Assembly: GCA_025456345.1 (NCBI GenBank)
Contig: JALOKU010000008.1
Coordinates: forward strand, 609-64,608
Reading direction: 5' to 3'
DNA length: 64,000 bases
DNA from: Vicinamibacterales bacterium
GTDB lineage: Bacteria > Acidobacteriota > Vicinamibacteria > Vicinamibacterales > JAKQTR01
A model generated the notes under the pieces. The model saw only the letters and a program-made list of their open reading frames with translations. It did not search any database and was not told the DNA's origin. The position numbers and the translations under genes are program-made. Within the stretch, counting starts at the first letter, position 1. Each line of letters starts with the position of its first letter. Shown here piece by piece: positions 59,231 through 64,000 of this stretch.

Positions 59231-61070
59231 CCCCTTCTCCACGGAACACGTGTCCGCCGGCCGGCAACGCCTGGGCGAATTGCTGCGTTTCCCAGAGCTC
59301 ACGATAGAGCGGGCAATCCCTGAGCAGGGTGTCGTGACAGCCGAGGCCGACCGCGCGGCCGTCGTCGAGCACCACGATGATGTCCGCGTTGCGCAGCGTC
59401 GAGAGCCGGTGGGCGATCACAATCGTCGTCCGTCCCCGCATGAGCCGCTCGAGGGCGGCCTGCACTTTCACCTCCGAGATCGAATCGAGGCTCGACGTCG
59501 CCTCGTCGAGCATCAGCAGCGGCGCGTTCTTGAGCAGCGCGCGGGCCACGCTCAGGCGCTGCACCTGCCCGCCCGACAGCAGGCGGCCGCCCACGCCGAG
59601 GACGGTGTCGTATCCCTCCGGAAGCGCCGCGAGATCGTCGTGGATCTCGGCGGCACGGGCGGCCGCCTCGACCTCGGCGTCGGTCGCCTCGGGGCACCCG
59701 TACCGGATGTTGTCGCGGGCGCTCGTGCCGAACACGAAGGGATCCTGGGTCACCATCGCCATGTGGCGGTACAGATCCGCCAACCGGTACTCGCGGAGAT
59801 CGCGGCCGTTGAGCAGCACCCGCCCCGCCGTCGGATCGTAGAATCGCGCGATCAGGCTCACCAGCGTCGTCTTGCCCGCGCCGGATGGTCCCACGATGCC
59901 CACCCGCTGGCCGGCCTTCACCTCGAGCGACAGATCCTTCAGGATGGGCGGGCCGCCCGCGTAGCCGAACGACACGCCATCGAATCGCAGCGTCTCGATC
60001 GGGCCGCGCAGCGCCACCGCGTCCGGACGGTCGCGGATCTCCGGTTCGGTCGCGAGCAGGCTCCGAACCCGCTCCACGGACGCCCAGTTCTTCTGCACTT
60101 CGAGGAACTGGGAGAAGGCGTTGTTCAGCGGGCCGTGCATGGCGCGGATGGCCACCAGGAAGGCCACCAGCCCCGGAAACGACATCCGCCCCCGCATGAC
60201 CTCGAAGCCGCCCATCACCGTCACAATCACGACGCTGAGGCCCGCGATCGACTCGAGCATCACGTCGCCCAGCGCACGCACGCGCACCTGGGCCACCAGT
60301 TCGGCGAAGTAGCTCCTGGCACGGCCGATGCTGTTCCGGGTTTCCGCCTCCTCGCCGGCGTAGATCTTGACGATCCGGACCCCCTGCAACAACTGGAGCA
60401 GCAGGTCCGTCAGGTGGTAGCCGTGGCGGCGCAGTGCGAACGACCGCCGCTGCAGCTGCCGGCTGATCCATCTTGTCGGCACCGCCGCGACGAGGAGCAC
60501 AGGCACCGACATCAGGGCCAGGCGCGGGCTCAGCAGTACCACCGAGAGCAGGTAGCCGGCAACCTGGGCCCCGTACGTCGCCGACTCCATGGAGGCGGCG
60601 ATCGCGGAGCGCGTCCGCGACACGTCCTGGCGGACCGAGTCGAGCAGGTCGCCCTTCCGCTGCCGGTCGAAGAACGACACCGGCAGCGTCAGCAGGTGGC
60701 GCATCAGGCGCTGCATCAGGTCGAGTTCGAGCAGCCGCACCAGGCGCTGCATCACCACCTGGGTGTGGTACGCGAGCACGCTGCCCGCGATGAACGTCAG
60801 CAGCAGCAGCCCCGCGAGCACCCAGAGCGCCGCGCCCTGGCCAATCGATCGCGCCAGGCCCGCGGCCAGCCCCTGCTGTTCGGCGAGCACGCCCGCCAGG
60901 AAGTCCCGGATGAGCAGTACCACCGCGACCGTGGTGATCGTGCGGCAGAGCGAGGCGGACACGAACCGGGCGAGCATCCGCCACTGGGTCCGCGCAAACG
61001 CGCGCCCCTCCTGCCACACGAAGTCCCTGGCAGACGATGGCGAGGCCGCGGTGTCGCTCGGCGCCATCAC
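59199..61070 (-). CDS. ABC exporter, fused TMD-NBD (MsbA-like)
   Basis: Six-TM domain, GPSGAGKTT, RFYDP, LSGGQ.QRL, LDEATSSLD, IAHRLST; no C39 peptidase domain. Confidence 0.93.
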   Translation of the reverse strand: MMAPSDTAASPSSARDFVWQEGRAFARTQWRMLARFVSASLCRTITTVAVVLLIRDFLAGVLAEQQGLAAGLARSIGQGAALWVLAGLLLLTFIAGSVLAYHTQVVMQRLVRLLELDLMQRLMRHLLTLPVSFFDRQRKGDLLDSVRQDVSRTRSAIAASMESATYGAQVAGYLLSVVLLSPRLALMSVPVLLVAAVPTRWISRQLQRRSFALRRHGYHLTDLLLQLLQGVRIVKIYAGEEAETRNSIGRARSYFAELVAQVRVRALGDVMLESIAGLSVVIVTVMGGFEVMRGRMSFPGLVAFLVAIRAMHGPLNNAFSQFLEVQKNWASVERVRSLLATEPEIRDRPDAVALRGPIETLRFDGVSFGYAGGPPILKDLSLEVKAGQRVGIVGPSGAGKTTLVSLIARFYDPTAGRVLLNGRDLREYRLADLYRHMAMVTQDPFVFGTSARDNIRYGCPEATDAEVEAAARAAEIHDDLAALPEGYDTVLGVGGRLLSGGQVQRLSVARALLKNAPLLMLDEATSSLDSISEVKVQAALERLMRGRTTIVIAHRLSTLRNADIIVVLDDGRAVGLGCHDTLLRDCPLYRELWETQQFAQALPAGGHVFRGEGDDLVLGESIQ

Positions 61071-62411
61071 TCACCCTTCGTGGCGGGAGTCTCCGTGCGG
61101 GGTCGTCCCGGCCAGCGCGGCGGCCTGCGGCCACGCGCCGGCGCGCGCCTGCACGGCGCCCGGCGACCGGGCCCCTCCCGCGAAGCGATCGACGAGGACG
61201 GCCGCGGCAAGGTACCCGGTCGAGTTCAGCAGAGTCATGAGCATGTCCATCATCCAGGTGGTCGCCCCGAGCAGAACGACGTACTCGGCCGGGATACCCG
61301 CCGCGACGTACGCGGGCAGGCTCCGTGTGGCAGAGGCCACCGTGGGCACGCCGGGCGTCGCGGGGCTCATCAACAGCACGGTTGCCGTGAACACCCCAAC
61401 CTGGCCAGGCGTGAGGGCGATCCCCAGCACATGAGCCAGGAACAGGAACTTCGTCGAGTTCGAGACGGCCCTGGAAAGCTTGAGCGTCGCACCCGCCAGC
61501 GGGATCACCGAGGCCGTGACAACCGGTGACAGGCCCAGCGACTGTTCGGCCGAGAGCATCAGGCTTGGGACGGTGGCCAGCGACGACCTCGTCGTGAGGG
61601 CGGCGAGCTGAGACGGCACCGCGGCCCGTGCGAACGGCACGAGCCCGGTGCGCCCGAACATCGCGACCAGGGGGTAGAGCGCGCCAACGCAGCCGACCAG
61701 CACAGCCGACTCGATGACGACAAACGTCAGCACGACCCCGCCCACACCCAGGCCGGCGTCTGCGGTCATCCGGCACGTCAGCGCGAAGATGATCACGGGG
61801 GACGCCGCCATGAGCCAGCCCACCAGCACCAGCGTGGTGTCGCGAACGGCTCCGGCCAGCTGATCGAGCGGCCCCGTGTCCGAGGTCACCCGCCTTGCGG
61901 CCAGCGCAAACAGGCACGTGAAGACCATCACCGGCAGGATGTTGTCGGCCGACGCCGCCAGGACGACGTTGGACGGGATCAATCCGTCGATCCATCGAGG
62001 GGCGGCGGCACCCGCCGCCGCCGCCGGCCCCGAAACGCCCGTCGAGACGGGCAATCCGAGTGACGCCAGCGCAGGAAGCCGCAGCAGACCCGAGACGCTG
62101 ACCAGCGCGAACAGGGCCGACGCCACGAGCAACGCCGCGAAGACAGCCGGGATCGCGAGACCGAGCCGGCCCGAGTGGCTGCTCTTGCCGCGGAGAGCGC
62201 CGACCGCAAGGAAGAGCTGCGACACAATCAGCGGCAGCACGATGGCGCGGAGGGCGTTCGTCCACGCGCCCACGAGCGCGTCCAGCGCGGCAAACAGGGA
62301 GTCCGACATCGGATGGGGATACTCCCTGGCGAGGAGCCCGGCGCCGAGACCGGCCAGCAGGGTCAGGCTGAGGCTGAGCACCGACGGTACCGACATGCGT
62401 GGCGTCGACAT
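61071..62411 (-). CDS. Divergent dicarboxylate/amino acid:cation symporter (DAACS/SDF family)
   Basis: NALRAIVLPLIV, LIPSNV, SPVIIFAL, RSSLATVP, PGVP, D...T.LN.TG; AGGGGAG RBS before ATG 62411. Confidence 0.85.
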   Translation of the reverse strand: MSTPRMSVPSVLSLSLTLLAGLGAGLLAREYPHPMSDSLFAALDALVGAWTNALRAIVLPLIVSQLFLAVGALRGKSSHSGRLGLAIPAVFAALLVASALFALVSVSGLLRLPALASLGLPVSTGVSGPAAAAGAAAPRWIDGLIPSNVVLAASADNILPVMVFTCLFALAARRVTSDTGPLDQLAGAVRDTTLVLVGWLMAASPVIIFALTCRMTADAGLGVGGVVLTFVVIESAVLVGCVGALYPLVAMFGRTGLVPFARAAVPSQLAALTTRSSLATVPSLMLSAEQSLGLSPVVTASVIPLAGATLKLSRAVSNSTKFLFLAHVLGIALTPGQVGVFTATVLLMSPATPGVPTVASATRSLPAYVAAGIPAEYVVLLGATTWMMDMLMTLLNSTGYLAAAVLVDRFAGGARSPGAVQARAGAWPQAAALAGTTPHGDSRHEG

Positions 62412-62522
62412 CGCTCCCCTTCCTGTCACCACCCGGCAACCGCTGCTCGCCCGACCCCCGGAGTGGCGGAGCCTAGCGGCAGGAGTCGAACGGGAGTCTG
62501 TCCCCCATCGAGAAGCTGAACT

Positions 62523-62538
62523 AGCAAGAGCGCTGCCG
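62523..62538 (-). promoter_or_regulatory. Sigma54 (-24/-12) promoter for the DAACS-ABC-ATP-grasp operon
   Basis: Minus strand CGGCAGCGCTCTTGCT (GG-N10-GC with GGCA and TTGCT), about 110 bp upstream of the start codon. Confidence 0.6.
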
Positions 62539-62658
62539 CGTCGGGATCGGGCTGGAAAAACCAGTTCTCCTTGATCCGGATGGCTGAAGTCGCGTGGCGC
62601 GCCGACTTCTGTCTGCCTGGCCTCCGATCGCCCCACCAATCATTGTGGCCCGCTGGCC

Positions 62659-63378
62659 TCAGAGCACCTTGACTCGTAGGTTGCGGAATTCAACATGGGC
62701 GCCATGGCCGAGGAAGCCGATGTGGCCCTTGGTGTTCGCAATCCCCTGCGAACCTTCCGGCTTGCTCAGGTCGCGGTGCTCTTTGAGCGTGGCTTCGTCC
62801 GTCACGTCGTCAAGGTTGGCGTCCACGATCGTGGTGCCGTTGAGCTTGACGGTGATGTGCCGGCCGTCGGCGATGATCTCCTCGGAGTTCCACTCTCCAA
62901 CAGGCTTCTGGAAACCGCGTCTGGCCGGTACGACCTTGTAGATCGAGCCGTGGTACTGGCCGGGGAGCAGGTTCGTGTACTCCGATCCGCCGTCGTCGAG
63001 CACCTGGATCTCCATGCCCGCGTAGGCGGCGTCACCCACGAGCGGCGCCCGGATGCCAATGCCGTTGTTGGCGTTCGGGGTGAGCCGGAACTCGAAGCGG
63101 AAGATGAAGTTGGCGTATTCCTTTTCGGTGTACAGGTTGCCGCCGTCTTCCCTGGTCGAGTAGATGACGCCGTTCTCGATCTGGTACCCCTTGCCCGACT
63201 TGTTCTCGGTGCCGTTGGCACGCTGGCCGTAGACCCAGCCCGTGAAGTCCTTGCCGTTGAAGAGCGGCGTGAAGCCGGCTTCCTTCTCCTGCGGCGCAGG
63301 CATCGCCGCCGACAGCACGACAGTCATGGCCGCCGCGAGGCAGGCCATCAGCAGAATGAACGGACGTGACATGGACAT
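62659..63378 (-). CDS. DUF1080 (3-keto-disaccharide hydrolase-like) secreted protein
   Basis: Signal peptide, LFNGKDFTGW, NNGIGIR, EIQVLD, GEWN..EI, GHIGFLGH, FRNL; GAGGAG RBS before ATG 63378. Confidence 0.9.
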   Translation of the reverse strand: MSMSRPFILLMACLAAAMTVVLSAAMPAPQEKEAGFTPLFNGKDFTGWVYGQRANGTENKSGKGYQIENGVIYSTREDGGNLYTEKEYANFIFRFEFRLTPNANNGIGIRAPLVGDAAYAGMEIQVLDDGGSEYTNLLPGQYHGSIYKVVPARRGFQKPVGEWNSEEIIADGRHITVKLNGTTIVDANLDDVTDEATLKEHRDLSKPEGSQGIANTKGHIGFLGHGAHVEFRNLRVKVL

Positions 63379-63453
63379 GGGTGACTCCTCGCGCGGCATG
63401 ATAGCCGGTTTCGCGAGGAATCCTAAGAAGAACGGCGGCGACGTGGACTCGGG

Positions 63454-64000
63454 CTACTTCGCGGTGATCAGGAAATGCCCGCGGCGGTTGCGGGCCCAGC
63501 ACTCTTCGTTCTGCTCGGTGCAGACCAGCTGCGTCTCGCCCACGGCAACGACCTCGATGCGATCGAGCGCGATGCCCTGCGAGACCAGGAAGGCCCGGAT
63601 GACGTCGGCGCGGCGCATCCCCAGGCCGAAGTTGTACTCGTTGGTGCCCCGGGGGTCCGCGCAGCCATCGACACGAACCGCCACCGAGGGCCACTTCCGG
63701 AGCCATGCCGCGTTGCGCCGCAGCGTCGCTTCCGCGTCCGGCCGGATGTCGGACTTGTCGAAGTCGAAGAACACGTCGTCCAGGGGCTTCTGGCGGTTCA
63801 GATCGTCGAGGCTCATCCGCGCGAAGAGGTCCTCCTCGGACGGAACCGGCGGCTCGGGCGGTCTCGGCGGCTCGGGTATGACGACGTCCATCGGCACTGG
63901 CGCGGGGGCCGCCGCCGGCGGCTCCCACGGAATCGTCGCCGGGACGGTCGGTTCCCCGATCACGATCCGGTAGAGCGCTTTCCCCCGGTCCGCTTCCGTC
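63454..64000 (-). CDS. OmpA/Pal-like peptidoglycan-binding domain protein, 5' end outside the window
   Basis: VFFDFDKSDIR, DPRGTNEYN..LG.RRA, WARNRR. The frame stays open from 63963 to the window edge (…TEADRGKALYRIVIGE…). Confidence 0.85.
   Translation of the reverse strand, partial: TEADRGKALYRIVIGEPTVPATIPWEPPAAAPAPVPMDVVIPEPPRPPEPPVPSEEDLFARMSLDDLNRQKPLDDVFFDFDKSDIRPDAEATLRRNAAWLRKWPSVAVRVDGCADPRGTNEYNFGLGMRRADVIRAFLVSQGIALDRIEVVAVGETQLVCTEQNEECWARNRRGHFLITAK

Noticed and set aside
56723..62640. tRNA-Arg as the attachment site of a genomic island carrying the PEP-CTERM/ABC region
   Set aside because: The accessory genes lie on the 5' side of the tRNA, and no integrase or duplicated tRNA 3' end was seen.
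58039..62660. Graspetide (ATP-grasp RiPP) cluster
   Set aside because: No small precursor ORF with a Ser/Thr/Lys plus Asp/Glu core was found, and the ABC lacks a C39 peptidase domain.

Overview
High-GC (roughly 70% by eye) bacterial chromosomal segment of mostly core genes. The gene set (fused LptF-LptG, a very long LptC/LptA-type protein, a PEP-CTERM protein, a permease-less PTS behind rpoN) suggests Acidobacteriota, possibly Vicinamibacteria; this is inference only. Left to right: a peptidoglycan-sugar recycling cluster (serine hydrolase, SSS symporter, GHL10 hydrolase, murQ), xerD, a PHP-type metallohydrolase, lptFG, a 28-bp dif site at 10112-10139, parB-parA, DUF151, miaB, recN, tolQRAB-pal-cpoB-ssb, a long minus-strand run (guaA, dnaE, accA, recJ, lptC/A, lptB, rpoN, hpf, hprK, rapZ, EIIA, ptsH, ptsI, cupin), a beta-propeller protein, a giant sensor kinase, psd-pssA, tsaB-rimI, mutS, a peptidase/propeller/Omp85 protein, speB, tRNA-Arg(CCT), and an accessory end. 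Two candidate new systems stand out. (1) A divergent parAB operon ends about 75 bp from dif, i.e. at the presumed replication terminus rather than the origin, and parB contains a 16-bp parS-like palindrome of non-canonical sequence. (2) An operon with a predicted sigma54 promoter encodes a motif-altered DAACS symporter, an ABC exporter and an uncharacterised ATP-grasp enzyme, converging on a PEP-CTERM gene that also has a predicted sigma54 promoter. No CRISPR array, transposase or prophage gene was seen. All calls come from reading motifs by eye; no database search was run.
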